A stretch of 64,000 nucleotides of DNA. Origin: Candidatus Dojkabacteria bacterium (GTDB taxonomy: Bacteria > Patescibacteriota > Dojkabacteria > B142 > OLB20). Of the stretch, positions 10,027 to 19,590 are shown in pieces. A model generated the notes under the pieces. The model was given only the letters and a program-made list of their open reading frames with translations. It searched no databases and was not told where the DNA came from. The stretch's first letter is position 1. The number at the start of each line of letters is the position of its first letter. The position numbers and the translations under genes were made by a program. The stretch spans positions 768,845 to 832,844 of the forward strand of contig CP129475.1 of the NCBI GenBank assembly GCA_030583785.1, read 5' to 3'.

Positions 10027-10626
10027 ATGGCAATCTCATCAGCTACAAAGAGTTTAAACTACTTGTTTATATCAAAGGTTAGAATTAAATGTGTTAAATA
10101 TTTTCTGTTTAACCCAGATGTCCCCATTCATCTCCGTGGTGCCGTTCGAGACTTTAAAGAAGAGATAAATGCAGTAAGAAGAGAGCTCACCCGACTGGAA
10201 GAAATCAAGCTAATAAAAAGCGAAAGCAGAGGCAATCGTCGTTACTTTGTTCTCAACACAGAATACGAATTTCTTCCAGAGTTAAAGGGAATGTTCCATA
10301 AAACCTTTGGTCTTGGGGGAGCCCTCCGCAGTAATGCAGACAAGCTTGGAGAACTTCAATATGCCATACTCACAGATGCTTTTGTTAATGGAAACAAGCT
10401 CGGCTCACAAGATGTCGACCTTGTAATAATTGGCAATATTGATCTTCAAACACTTGCAGATATTATTTCCGATGCTGAAAAGAAACTTGGTAGAGAAATA
10501 AATTATACAGTTCTTAAAGGAAGTGAATTCATTCTTAGAAAAAAGAGAAGAGACGCCTTTGTTACAGAACTGCTCATGAGAGAAAAGATAGTAGTTTTTG
10601 GAAACCCGTCCGATTTGATTCATTAA
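10027..10626 (+). CDS. Winged-HTH domain fused to a nucleotidyltransferase-like domain
   Basis: The N-terminal wHTH (…VRIKCVKYFLFNPDVPIHLRGAVRDF…GNRRYFVLN) is followed by …LGSQDVDLVIIGN…, a DxD-containing pol-beta NTase-like segment with atypical spacing. Confidence 0.4.
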   Translation: MAISSATKSLNYLFISKVRIKCVKYFLFNPDVPIHLRGAVRDFKEEINAVRRELTRLEEIKLIKSESRGNRRYFVLNTEYEFLPELKGMFHKTFGLGGALRSNADKLGELQYAILTDAFVNGNKLGSQDVDLVIIGNIDLQTLADIISDAEKKLGREINYTVLKGSEFILRKKRRDAFVTELLMREKIVVFGNPSDLIH

Positions 10627-10635
10627 TAGCAAGAA

Positions 10636-11466
10636 TTGCAGAATCCTTTACAACCGCTCAGACAAAAATCATCGAGAAGCCGTTTTCAGGTTTGGTTTAA
10701 ACAGGCAAGATTTGATCTGCAGGCAGCTCATATGAGTTTCGACCACGGTTATTACGAGTGGGCAGTGTATCAGGCAGAACAATCTGTAGAGAAGGCGATA
10801 AAAGCTGTACTGGTTCATGCTGGATGGAAGCCACCAAGAGTTCATAAACTGCAAGTATTAATGGGACTTGCAAACGAAGCTAACGACGAATTTAAAAATA
10901 CCAAGTTCTCTTTTCGACATCTTGAATCGTTCACATTTATATCTAGGTATCCTTTTCTGCTTCCTAATCGCAACGATACACCGCACGAAATAATTAAAAA
11001 AGCAGATGCAAAAAAGGCTCTAGGGCAAGCACAGGAGTTTGTCGATAAAATCGCTACCATCCTGAAGCACGATGTTGTCCTTCCGCAAAAGCCACTACAT
11101 CCGATGAGTGAAATGTACCTTAAAGACAGAGTCTCAGAGAGAATTGATAAAATAAAAGAAGAGCTTGTCAGAGAATTTAATCCAGAAGCGGTTATTCTTT
11201 TTGGTAGTTTTGCAAAAAACCTAGAACCAGCAGAGCCTTCTACTATTGATATCCTCGTTGTCGCAGATTGCGAAGAGAGCTTCGTCGATAGAATTGTTAG
11301 AGCAAGAAAAGCAACTAAGGGTGGGCTACCTGTTGTTGAACCTCTGGTCTATACCAAAGAAGAATTCGAAACAATGCTCAGTGGTGCAGAAGACAGTTTC
11401 ATAGAGTCAGCGTTGCAAGAAGGTAAAGTACTATACGAAAAAACACCTGGAGCAATTACTATTTGA
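10636..11466 (+). CDS. HEPN domain (N-terminal) fused to a minimal nucleotidyltransferase (MNT) domain (C-terminal)
   Basis: The HEPN signature FKQARFDLQAAHMSFDHGYYEWAVYQAEQSVEKAIKAVLV…RVHKL carries the R-x4-6-H-like motif. The C-terminal GSFAKNLEPAEPSTIDILVV matches the GSxAxG…SDIDLLV MNT motif but has Thr in place of the first Asp. Confidence 0.6.
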   Translation: MQNPLQPLRQKSSRSRFQVWFKQARFDLQAAHMSFDHGYYEWAVYQAEQSVEKAIKAVLVHAGWKPPRVHKLQVLMGLANEANDEFKNTKFSFRHLESFTFISRYPFLLPNRNDTPHEIIKKADAKKALGQAQEFVDKIATILKHDVVLPQKPLHPMSEMYLKDRVSERIDKIKEELVREFNPEAVILFGSFAKNLEPAEPSTIDILVVADCEESFVDRIVRARKATKGGLPVVEPLVYTKEEFETMLSGAEDSFIESALQEGKVLYEKTPGAITI

Positions 11467-12136
11467 TATCCACTGAGGCAAGAATCTTGGCAATAACATC
11501 TCCAAAGCTTAAAGAGGGATTGTCTCCATCTACGGTTGAGTTGGTAAATAAAAAGCCAATTTCAGTTTCTTTGGCTTTAACAACATATAATTCGGCCCCT
11601 TTAAAAGTATCTTCATTCTTGTAAAGATTAGTACTCAGTTTATCAACATTGATTTCTGCTGCAAGCTTCCAATCCTTGGAGTTTACCGTGGCTTGTTCTT
11701 TTGATTCTGCGTTAAAAAGTGTGAATGTATAGTATGTTTTGTCAGTTCCATCGTTAAAATTGTAGCTCACATACGAATTGCTTAATCTATTTGACTCTGG
11801 TATTTCTTGTGAATTCTTTACGAAGCCTGCAGGAAGACGAAAACTTAATCCTGTTTGCTCAAAGCTGACAATCAATTGGTTCCCGGCCTGTTTATTTATG
11901 GTTTCTGCCTCTTCGTAGTCTTTTATTGGCGTAAGATCACCAGTAAGTATGTAGTTATTGACTTGATGCAACTGGTTACCTAGGCTTGCCTGAGCTAATG
12001 TAAGATCTTGCACCTGTTTTTGAAGTTGATAGTTTGACCATGCAAGACCGATTAAAACAAACAGAAGTATGACAGTCAAAGGAAATAAAACTCCCGGATA
12101 GGTTTTTGGAGCAGGCATTGCTATGGTGTCAGACAT
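11459..12136 (-). CDS. Hypothetical membrane-anchored protein
   Basis: N-terminal TM segment GVLFPLTVILLFVLIGLAW, with no other recognisable motif. Its 3' end overlaps the convergent upstream gene by 8 nt. Confidence 0.4.
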   Translation of the reverse strand: MSDTIAMPAPKTYPGVLFPLTVILLFVLIGLAWSNYQLQKQVQDLTLAQASLGNQLHQVNNYILTGDLTPIKDYEEAETINKQAGNQLIVSFEQTGLSFRLPAGFVKNSQEIPESNRLSNSYVSYNFNDGTDKTYYTFTLFNAESKEQATVNSKDWKLAAEINVDKLSTNLYKNEDTFKGAELYVVKAKETEIGFLFTNSTVDGDNPSLSFGDVIAKILASVDIK

Positions 12137-12140
12137 TCTA

Positions 12141-13154
12141 CTATTTTTCTGACAATTTAACTTTCTGAAGTTCTGATATTTTAGAGCTTCCTACAGAAAA
12201 CATAGCAATTCTAAATTCATTCTGCAACTTTTCTAATACAGATACACAGGCTTCGGTGCTTTCTAAAGCAGGAGCGAGCAGGGGCTTTGCTGCCGTTGCT
12301 AGTTTGGCTCCAAGCGCGACTGCCTTGGCTATATGAATACCATTTCGTATTCCGCCACCGGCAATAAGATTCAAACCTTTTATACTCCTATTAATCATTA
12401 GTGCTTCTGCGGTAGGTATCCCTTCTGCCTTGAAAAGATCTCCAAGGTCGTCTGTTCTTCTGTATCCTTCAACCCAAGACCATGAAGTTCCGCCCGTTCC
12501 AGAAACATCAATCCATTTAACACCTATCTCGGCAAGTCTTCGAGCTGTTTCATGATCGATTCCTGTTCCGACCTCTTTTATAACGATTGGTTTATGGACT
12601 TTAGGAATGATTTTTTCAAGCTTTGGAATTAGTTCCTTGAAATTCGTATCTCCTTCTGGTTGAACAGCTTCCTGAAGCGGATTAACATGAAGAAATATTC
12701 CATCAGCATTGACCGAGTCAATGATTCTGTTGATCTCATCTGCTCCATATCCGTAGTTAATCTGCACCAGCCCCATGTTGGCCAATAAAGGTACGCTGGG
12801 GCAGTATTTTTTGACATCAAAACTTTTGACTGATTCTGGTTTTCTAAGAATAACTCTCATGGAACCAAGGCCAAGAGCAACGCCCACCTCTTCTGCCGCT
12901 TCTGCAAGACGGCTATTGATTGAGTAACCTTTTTCTGGACCTCCCGTCATCGAAGAAATTATGAAGGGGAAAGATAGTTTGGCTCCAAGAAATGAAGCCG
13001 TTGTATCAATATCCTGCATATCGATTTCAGGTAAAGCCTTAAAAGGCAATCTATATTTATCAAACGATGACGGCAAAGGCTCAACATTTTTTTTGAGTAC
13101 AATGTTGATATGGTCTAGTTTTCGCTCATTTATGTTGTCGTCAAATTCTGCCAT
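12141..13154 (-). CDS. fni: Isopentenyl-diphosphate delta-isomerase, type 2 (FMN-dependent)
   Basis: ERKLDHINI…, FIISSMTGG, and the glycine-rich GTGGTSW / AGGGIRNG motifs of the IDI-2 TIM barrel. Confidence 0.85.
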   Translation of the reverse strand: MAEFDDNINERKLDHINIVLKKNVEPLPSSFDKYRLPFKALPEIDMQDIDTTASFLGAKLSFPFIISSMTGGPEKGYSINSRLAEAAEEVGVALGLGSMRVILRKPESVKSFDVKKYCPSVPLLANMGLVQINYGYGADEINRIIDSVNADGIFLHVNPLQEAVQPEGDTNFKELIPKLEKIIPKVHKPIVIKEVGTGIDHETARRLAEIGVKWIDVSGTGGTSWSWVEGYRRTDDLGDLFKAEGIPTAEALMINRSIKGLNLIAGGGIRNGIHIAKAVALGAKLATAAKPLLAPALESTEACVSVLEKLQNEFRIAMFSVGSSKISELQKVKLSEK

Positions 13155-13156
13155 GG

Positions 13157-14701
13157 CTATTTTGCCTCCTCTGTAACTCTATATTCTCTGATCCCTGTAA
13201 CTTTAACCGATCCGGGATAGCTTTGTGTCTCTTCTATTTCTTTGGCAATCTTATGGCTAAGAAGAGTTACATCCTCGTCGCTAGCGACATCTGGTTTAAA
13301 GATTACGCGAACTTCTCGACCGGCGTGTATAGCGTAGGCCTCTTTAACCGATTCGTATTGCTTGGCAATGTCTTCGAGAGCTTTAACTCTTTTTACATAG
13401 TCTTCGTAGTTATCTCTTCTGGCGCCGGGTCTTGCTCCAGATATTGCATCTGCTATTTGAACAAGAATAGCTTCGGTTGTTTTTGGTTCGATGTCACCGT
13501 GGTGTGATTCTACTGCGTTAGCGAGCACCTCGTCTTTTAGATACTTTCTTACAATATCGCCCGAGATATGATGATGAGGCTTGCCTTCGATCTCATGGGT
13601 AAGCACTTTGCCTATATCGTGAAGCAGGCAAGCTTTTTTAGTTAGTTCGACATTGGCTCCGACCTCAGAGGCAAGTTGTGCACCAAGGTTGACCATTTCC
13701 ATGCTGTGCTTAACCAGGTTTTGTCCATAACTGTATCGGTATTTAAATCTACCTAGCAGTTTGATAACTTCTTGAGGAAGATCGCTGAAGCCTGCATCGT
13801 AGGCCATTTTTTCTCCGGTTCGTTTAATTTCTTTGGCAAGTTCGTTCTTAATGTTTTTGATAGTGTCTTCGATGCTACCAGGATGAACTCTGCCGTCCTT
13901 GAGAAGTTTTTGTAAGGCTAAAGCAGCAACCTCTCTTCTGATTGGATCAAAACAAGATAGAGTGACTTGATTTGGAGCTTCGTCAACAATGATATCGACT
14001 CCTGTAAGTCTTTCGAAGGTTCTAATGTTGCGACCTTCTTTACCTATGATTTTTCCTTTAACTTCTTCGCTTTCAATATCGATAGTGGTTGCTGTACTTT
14101 CAGAAACATAATCGGTTGCACTTTTTTGCATGACATCGATTAATATTTCGCGGGTCATATCTTCGGACTTGGAATTGATTTGAAATTCTGCCTCTTTAAT
14201 TTTTTTGGCGATCCAAGAGGTGAGCTCTTCTTCGGTTTCTTTTATGAGAGCTTCTTTTGCTTCTTCTCGACTAAGTCCGGCAATTTTTTCGAGTTCAACG
14301 GCTAACTGATCTCGTACTTTGCGAACATCTTTTTTGGCCTGTTCAAGAGCTCGTTCTCGTTTTTCGATTGCCCCGAATCTTTCATCCAGTTCTTTGGAGC
14401 GATTAAGAACTTGTTTTTCACGATCATCGAGTCGTTTTTCTTCTTTTTCAAGTTCTAGCCGAGCCTCTCGACTTTTATTGATTGATGCCTGCTTTAATTG
14501 AGACACTTCTTTTTCTGCTTCTAGCAGAATAACTTTTGCTTTTTCACTTGCTTTCGCAATTGCCTCGTCTTCGCTAAGGTCGACATATTTTTTATCTTTT
14601 AGCTGGGTTTCAAGAGCATTTTTTTGCTTTGATAACAAATATGTTCCGCCGACTCCTCCTGTGGCAACTATGGAAAGTACGATTAATGCTATGACTTCCA
14701 T
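13157..14701 (-). CDS. rny: Ribonuclease Y
   Basis: N-terminal TM, coiled-coil region, KH domain (GKIIGKEGRNIRTFERLTGVDIIVD) and HD domain (LLHDIGK). Confidence 0.95.
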   Translation of the reverse strand: MEVIALIVLSIVATGGVGGTYLLSKQKNALETQLKDKKYVDLSEDEAIAKASEKAKVILLEAEKEVSQLKQASINKSREARLELEKEEKRLDDREKQVLNRSKELDERFGAIEKRERALEQAKKDVRKVRDQLAVELEKIAGLSREEAKEALIKETEEELTSWIAKKIKEAEFQINSKSEDMTREILIDVMQKSATDYVSESTATTIDIESEEVKGKIIGKEGRNIRTFERLTGVDIIVDEAPNQVTLSCFDPIRREVAALALQKLLKDGRVHPGSIEDTIKNIKNELAKEIKRTGEKMAYDAGFSDLPQEVIKLLGRFKYRYSYGQNLVKHSMEMVNLGAQLASEVGANVELTKKACLLHDIGKVLTHEIEGKPHHHISGDIVRKYLKDEVLANAVESHHGDIEPKTTEAILVQIADAISGARPGARRDNYEDYVKRVKALEDIAKQYESVKEAYAIHAGREVRVIFKPDVASDEDVTLLSHKIAKEIEETQSYPGSVKVTGIREYRVTEEAK

Positions 14702-14999
14702 GTTATTAACTAATAATAAACGAAAATAAAACTACAAATTTGGCAATGTATATTTATGCCGTCTTGGATGTGAGGGGTGAGTTGCCACAAATAAGATTAT
14801 TGCAGCAGATGCCTGTCTAACAATTGCTTTCTTAGACTAAGATTGTTCGAAGATTCCGTTAAAATAAAAGTATTTTTCAGCATTTGTTTTAAAAAATTCA
14901 GGTCTATTAACCCTTTGTAAACATTCCAAAGACTACCCTGATGATACTTTGTATGACAGTGATAGTCAAGATGGTAGATTCACGCAGGATACGCGGGTA

Positions 15000-16247
15000 T
15001 TATTCAAAGAGGTCGCTAAATGCTCTAAACAGTCTGTCCAGAAAAGTACCTTTATAATTTGGATTAACTCCGTCGTGTTGTTTAACTATTGTTTTGTCTG
15101 AATTTATTTTTTGATATTCGGTAATTTTTTGCTGCATTTCTGCAAGCGAGAGGTTCTTTTCGTTAATTGACTGTTGCATATTATCGAGTATTCTTTGTTG
15201 ATCAGCAGTTTGATTTCGCAGTCTAATAAGCTCTGTCTGTTGATCGTTAAACTTCTTCTTCGTTTTTAGAATTTCTTGCCTGGCTTTAACTAAGTCTGCA
15301 TGCTCTTGAGAGTCAATCATCTTCTTGATTAATTGATCTTCTGTTATTCCAATATTCAGAAAGTAATTCAAATCGTTCTGGTTAGGCTCTCTTCCTAGTA
15401 TTTTAATGTAGTGCTTAGTAATCATGTCTTTTCGTTCATCTCTAGTCATCATCGGCTTCATCCCTCCGCCAGCAGGAGAGGATAGGGGTCGATTTGCGAA
15501 CGGATCTGTGTTAGATATAGTTGATGGTGGTGTGTAAGTAGTAGTTGGTCTTGGGGCTGGAGTAACAGAGCCGTGGTCAGAGATGTTTGTAATTGGTGCA
15601 GGGGTAGGAGTTACACTTGCTGGAGAGGGTGGTGTTGGGATGGTATTTGATCCAGCAGGCAATGAATCCTTGAACTCGATACCGAAATATTTAAGTATTC
15701 CTTTGGCAATTCCGCGTCCTACTTTTTCGATGTTTTCAGGTTTCTTGAGGAATTCTGCATCATCGTTATTATCAATGAATCCGCATTCAATTAATGCTGC
15801 AACAGGTAAGGTTTCATGCAGGAAGGCAAGTGATCCGTATTCGTGATCGTATTCGCTATGTGCACCATTGTTTTTGAGTCCGGTTTCTTCGGCAGTCTTT
15901 TGTAAGATATCTTCAGCAAGCGCTTCTGATTTGTTTTGACCTTCATCTTCGTACCATCCTTCTAGGCCACTGTCGCCGCCACTATTCAAATGCAGTTCGA
16001 TACAAACATCATTATTTTCTTCAGCATAGCCGGATTTGTTAATCCATTCAATTCTTTGTGAGACATCAAGATCGGGGGGTACAGAAAGAGAAATTATGCC
16101 GTTAGCCCTTAAATGAGGCAGAGTGGCCTTAGCAATTTGTCTAATCACATCGACTTCTCTGAGACCATTAGCAATAGTGCCCGGATTCGAGCTAGAGTGA
16201 CCTGTCGATATAATTACTCGTGGCATGATCTTTGCTGATACAGGCAC
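15000..16247 (-). CDS. N-acetylmuramoyl-L-alanine amidase (amidase_3) with a Pro/Thr-rich linker and a C-terminal DUF4214-like, coiled-coil region
   Basis: RVIISTGHSSSNPG…DVCIELHLNSGG…EGWY matches the amidase_3 pattern. The PTPPSPASVTPTPAP linker follows, and …DLNYFLNIGITEDQLIKKMIDSQEH is DUF4214-like. Confidence 0.7.
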   Translation of the reverse strand: MPVSAKIMPRVIISTGHSSSNPGTIANGLREVDVIRQIAKATLPHLRANGIISLSVPPDLDVSQRIEWINKSGYAEENNDVCIELHLNSGGDSGLEGWYEDEGQNKSEALAEDILQKTAEETGLKNNGAHSEYDHEYGSLAFLHETLPVAALIECGFIDNNDDAEFLKKPENIEKVGRGIAKGILKYFGIEFKDSLPAGSNTIPTPPSPASVTPTPAPITNISDHGSVTPAPRPTTTYTPPSTISNTDPFANRPLSSPAGGGMKPMMTRDERKDMITKHYIKILGREPNQNDLNYFLNIGITEDQLIKKMIDSQEHADLVKARQEILKTKKKFNDQQTELIRLRNQTADQQRILDNMQQSINEKNLSLAEMQQKITEYQKINSDKTIVKQHDGVNPNYKGTFLDRLFRAFSDLFE

Positions 16248-16260
16248 ATTATAGCAGAAG

Positions 16261-17109
16261 CTAGTCTGTTAATTGTTTGTATATCTTTTTTAATTCGTCG
16301 TCGTTCTTGAATGGAATAACGATTTTTCCACCTCTCGCAGATCTTTGCAAGGATACTTTTTCGCCATATGATTTTCGGAGGCGAGATTCAATTGTTTGGG
16401 TATATTCATCCAGAATTCTCTCGTTTCTTTTCTTTGGCTTTGTTTTATGACCTTGGTTCAGTCTGCGAACGAGTTCCTCTACAGCTCTAACGCTGAGCTT
16501 GTCACGAACGGTAATCTTAGCAGCCTCGACCATTGTTTCTTTTGATACTAGACCTAAAATTGCTCGAGCATGGCCTTCGCTGATTTTTTCGTCTATAAGT
16601 AGCTTTTTTACTTGTTCAGGAAGAGTTAATAAACGCATCTTGTTAGCAATCGCAGGACGACTGTATCCAACTTTTACAGCGATGTCGCCTTGACCAAGCT
16701 TGAACATTTTTATCAACTGTTCAAAGGCAAGTGCTTCTTCGAGCGGATTAAGATCTTTTCTTTGAATGTTTTCAACTATCGCCAGTTCTAGCATTTGTTG
16801 TGGCGAAGCCTCTTTTACTACGACTGGAACAGTTGGCATTTTAGCGAGTTTTGCCGCTCTCCATCTTCTTTCTCCGGCAATCAATTCGTATTTGCCTTCG
16901 CTTTTTTTTGTAACAATAAGGGGTTCAATGACGCCGTGTTCTCGCAGTGAGTCTGCTAACTCTACAAGTGTTTCTGGTTTGATTTCTGTTCTTGGCTGAT
17001 AGGGGTTTGGCAAGATTTGTTCAATAGGCAGATTAGCTATGTACGCCTGATTGATCTGAGACATAGTGTCTTCAGCGATTAAAGATGATAACCCTTTTCC
17101 TAATGCCAT
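16261..17109 (-). CDS. parB: Chromosome partitioning protein ParB/Spo0J
   Basis: ParB box ELIAGERRWRAAKLA, the N-terminal LPIEQILPNPYQPR motif, and a helix-turn-helix. Confidence 0.9.
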   Translation of the reverse strand: MALGKGLSSLIAEDTMSQINQAYIANLPIEQILPNPYQPRTEIKPETLVELADSLREHGVIEPLIVTKKSEGKYELIAGERRWRAAKLAKMPTVPVVVKEASPQQMLELAIVENIQRKDLNPLEEALAFEQLIKMFKLGQGDIAVKVGYSRPAIANKMRLLTLPEQVKKLLIDEKISEGHARAILGLVSKETMVEAAKITVRDKLSVRAVEELVRRLNQGHKTKPKKRNERILDEYTQTIESRLRKSYGEKVSLQRSARGGKIVIPFKNDDELKKIYKQLTD

Positions 17110-17156
17110 TTTATTGATTTAAACTAAATTAACTATATCTAAGAAATGATCAACTC

Positions 17157-17738
17157 TCAAGACGGAATTTCTTGGCCGATTACAGAGAAATGATTATCTT
17201 GGTCAAGTCTCATCTCTAGGATCTTAAAGGTATCTTGTAAGGCAAGTTTAAGAGCTTCTTCGTTAAAATGGAACTGCTTGAAGTATTCTTGTTTTGGTGC
17301 AAGCTTTGAAGGAACAACTAAAAACAATAATCCACCCGTTCTAAGTAAGCGATTTATTTGTGACAATGTCTCGATAAATTCGGTTGTCGATTGGTAGCTG
17401 AGTGAATCCACAGCAAAGACTCCATCAAAAGATGCATCTGAGAATGCTTTAATCTCTTGATGAATATCAGCAATACTTGCTCTCCCGGGAAGGTTCTTTT
17501 CTTGAAGCCATTTTTGAGCAGTATCAACTGCAGCTGGAGAAAAATCCAGCCCCTGAACATCGAAGCCGTTTTCGGCTAAAGGTATAAGGTGTCTACCGCT
17601 ACCACAACCAAGATCAAGAACACTGACCACGCCGTGAGCTTTGAATACATTGACCACAGATGGAAAGAATGGATGAGGTTCGAGGTGGAATCTGTTGTTT
17701 TTGGTATAAAAATCCTCCCAGTTTTTTTGTCCATTCAT
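17157..17738 (-). CDS. Class I SAM-dependent methyltransferase
   Basis: Motif I VLDLGCGSGRH and the post-I acidic residue (…GFDVQGLDFS). Confidence 0.7.
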   Translation of the reverse strand: MNGQKNWEDFYTKNNRFHLEPHPFFPSVVNVFKAHGVVSVLDLGCGSGRHLIPLAENGFDVQGLDFSPAAVDTAQKWLQEKNLPGRASIADIHQEIKAFSDASFDGVFAVDSLSYQSTTEFIETLSQINRLLRTGGLLFLVVPSKLAPKQEYFKQFHFNEEALKLALQDTFKILEMRLDQDNHFSVIGQEIPS

Positions 17739-17821
17739 TGGTATATAGGGAATAATAAGCTTTTTTTATTCTACAATATACAGATCTTTATTCCCAGACG
17801 CTTAGGTATTATCATGTAGAC

Positions 17822-18982
17822 ATGCAAATAATAATTACTGTCTCAATCATTTTTGGAATTGTTTCTGTTCTGATGTTGCTTATGGCTCGTGTCTGGTACC
17901 ATCGAAGAATCTATCCAGAATCATTACACAAAAAAAAGGTTTTACATATCAAAATACCCCCGGCACAGGCATTGAATCTTGCAAAAGTTAAGAACTTCTT
18001 CGACTTGTTGTATGAAGAATTAGATGAAAACTCTCTTGTAAGTGCAGAACTTATTGCAGGTGTTTACGGTATGCATTTTTTATTTAGCTGTGAAGACTCC
18101 TTTTCGACTCAACTAAAAAGGCTGCTTGAGAAGTCATTCTTGGGTGTAAAAGTCACAGAAGTAACAGATTATGCTTCTGGTCTTGCGCATACGACAAAGA
18201 TTATCAGTGCTGCTGAATATGCAAACATAGGAAACATCCTTCCAATCAGATTGTTTACAGACAAAACAAATGATCCATTGCAGAAGCTGTTTGCCGTTCT
18301 GCAGAGTGTCGATTCTCCTGAAGAAGTATGGATGGAGTTCGTTTTCAGAAAGGCTGATCTATCAAAAGTAAATATCGAAGATATCTGGAAAGAACTTCCC
18401 CCCTTACAGCAAAGATTATTAGTAAACAAGCGCTCACAGAGATGCTTCCAGATAATTATCAGGGTGCTTGTAAAGACGCAGAATAGAAATAATGCACAGC
18501 TACTCTTTAATGAAATTAATTCTGTCTTTTCAAGATTCGGGTATCATCAGTTCGCAGAAATAAAAATGCAAATTGAAACTGAGGATGACATTTATCAACA
18601 TATAAGAAAATTCCTGATTGGTAAAACAAGAGGTGAACGCTTAAATCAGATTGAAAAATATGAATTACGATTTCTGCCGGAAAATCAAATAGGTTATTTC
18701 TCGTCGCAAGAGTTGGCTGCCTTATATCATTTCCCGGATATGGAATTAAAAAGTGTTGTTCCAGAGGAGAAGGAAGTCGAGGTGCCAAGAACTGAGATGA
18801 AACAAGAATCTGCAACAACGCAACAGCAAGTTCAAGTTGAAGCATTAGCTGGCGTTTCAACAGATCTGTCCGATATAAAGCCTGTTGAACCCACAACTAG
18901 AGAAGGCGATCCCTTGGCTCCTGCAGAATCATCTCCGAGCGCACTCAATCCAAATGATTACGACACCTTCGAGGACAGTTAA
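17822..18982 (+). CDS. Hypothetical membrane-anchored protein (386 aa)
   Basis: N-terminal TM segment IIITVSIIFGIVSVLMLLMA, with no recognised catalytic motif. Confidence 0.4.
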   Translation: MQIIITVSIIFGIVSVLMLLMARVWYHRRIYPESLHKKKVLHIKIPPAQALNLAKVKNFFDLLYEELDENSLVSAELIAGVYGMHFLFSCEDSFSTQLKRLLEKSFLGVKVTEVTDYASGLAHTTKIISAAEYANIGNILPIRLFTDKTNDPLQKLFAVLQSVDSPEEVWMEFVFRKADLSKVNIEDIWKELPPLQQRLLVNKRSQRCFQIIIRVLVKTQNRNNAQLLFNEINSVFSRFGYHQFAEIKMQIETEDDIYQHIRKFLIGKTRGERLNQIEKYELRFLPENQIGYFSSQELAALYHFPDMELKSVVPEEKEVEVPRTEMKQESATTQQQVQVEALAGVSTDLSDIKPVEPTTREGDPLAPAESSPSALNPNDYDTFEDS

Positions 18983-19590
18983 TTCTGAGGGAGATAGGTA
19001 AACGAAGAGAATACTTGATCGCATCCATTGACATTACTTTCGTCTGCAAGACATTGAATCTCGATCCAGACTCCATTTAATTCAACTGTCTTAATGAAAC
19101 AATTTTCTTTGTTTGCTGATTCGTCTGCACTGCATCCTAGATTATCGACTTCAGGATTGGCAAATCGACCATATAAATACATATTGTCTTGTTTAATGCG
19201 TCCTAATTCTGGTGAGAAGTTATTGGACAAGTTTACAAAGCTACTATTATCTTCAAAATACTCAAAGTCGATAGCAGACAATGCTTCAATTTCTATTGAG
19301 AAATCACTTCCTTTAATAATACTTTTTTCATAAGAGGGGGTTTGTATTGTGATCGGACTGGATGTTGAGAAAATTAATTCGCCCTTAAGTTTTTGTGGTG
19401 TTGATTCTTCAGTGCCTCGAATGGCTATTGAGTAATGCTTGGTTTCTGTTGTTGTGTCATCTGTGGGTAAAGGTTTTATATCTGGATCTTGAGACGGACT
19501 ACTACAGGAACTTAGCACAAATAAGCATAAGATCATCAAGATCAGATACTGTCGAAATAAGTTTTTATTGGTATTTTTGAGCGACCTCAT
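18979..19590 (-). CDS. Putative lipoprotein. The track ORF extends to 19635; the likely start is Met at 19590.
   Basis: Lipobox-like LFVLSSC after a basic n-region (MRSLKNTNKNLFRQYLILMILC). Confidence 0.45.
   Translation of the reverse strand: MRSLKNTNKNLFRQYLILMILCLFVLSSCSSPSQDPDIKPLPTDDTTTETKHYSIAIRGTEESTPQKLKGELIFSTSSPITIQTPSYEKSIIKGSDFSIEIEALSAIDFEYFEDNSSFVNLSNNFSPELGRIKQDNMYLYGRFANPEVDNLGCSADESANKENCFIKTVELNGVWIEIQCLADESNVNGCDQVFSSFTYLPQN

Noticed and set aside
14702-14999. Possible tRNA or small structured RNA in the 300-nt gap upstream of rny
   Set aside because: I could not assemble a cloverleaf (no GTTC-type T-arm, no acceptor-stem complementarity) or a convincing hairpin by eye. 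It is kept only as a low-interest finding for computational scanning.
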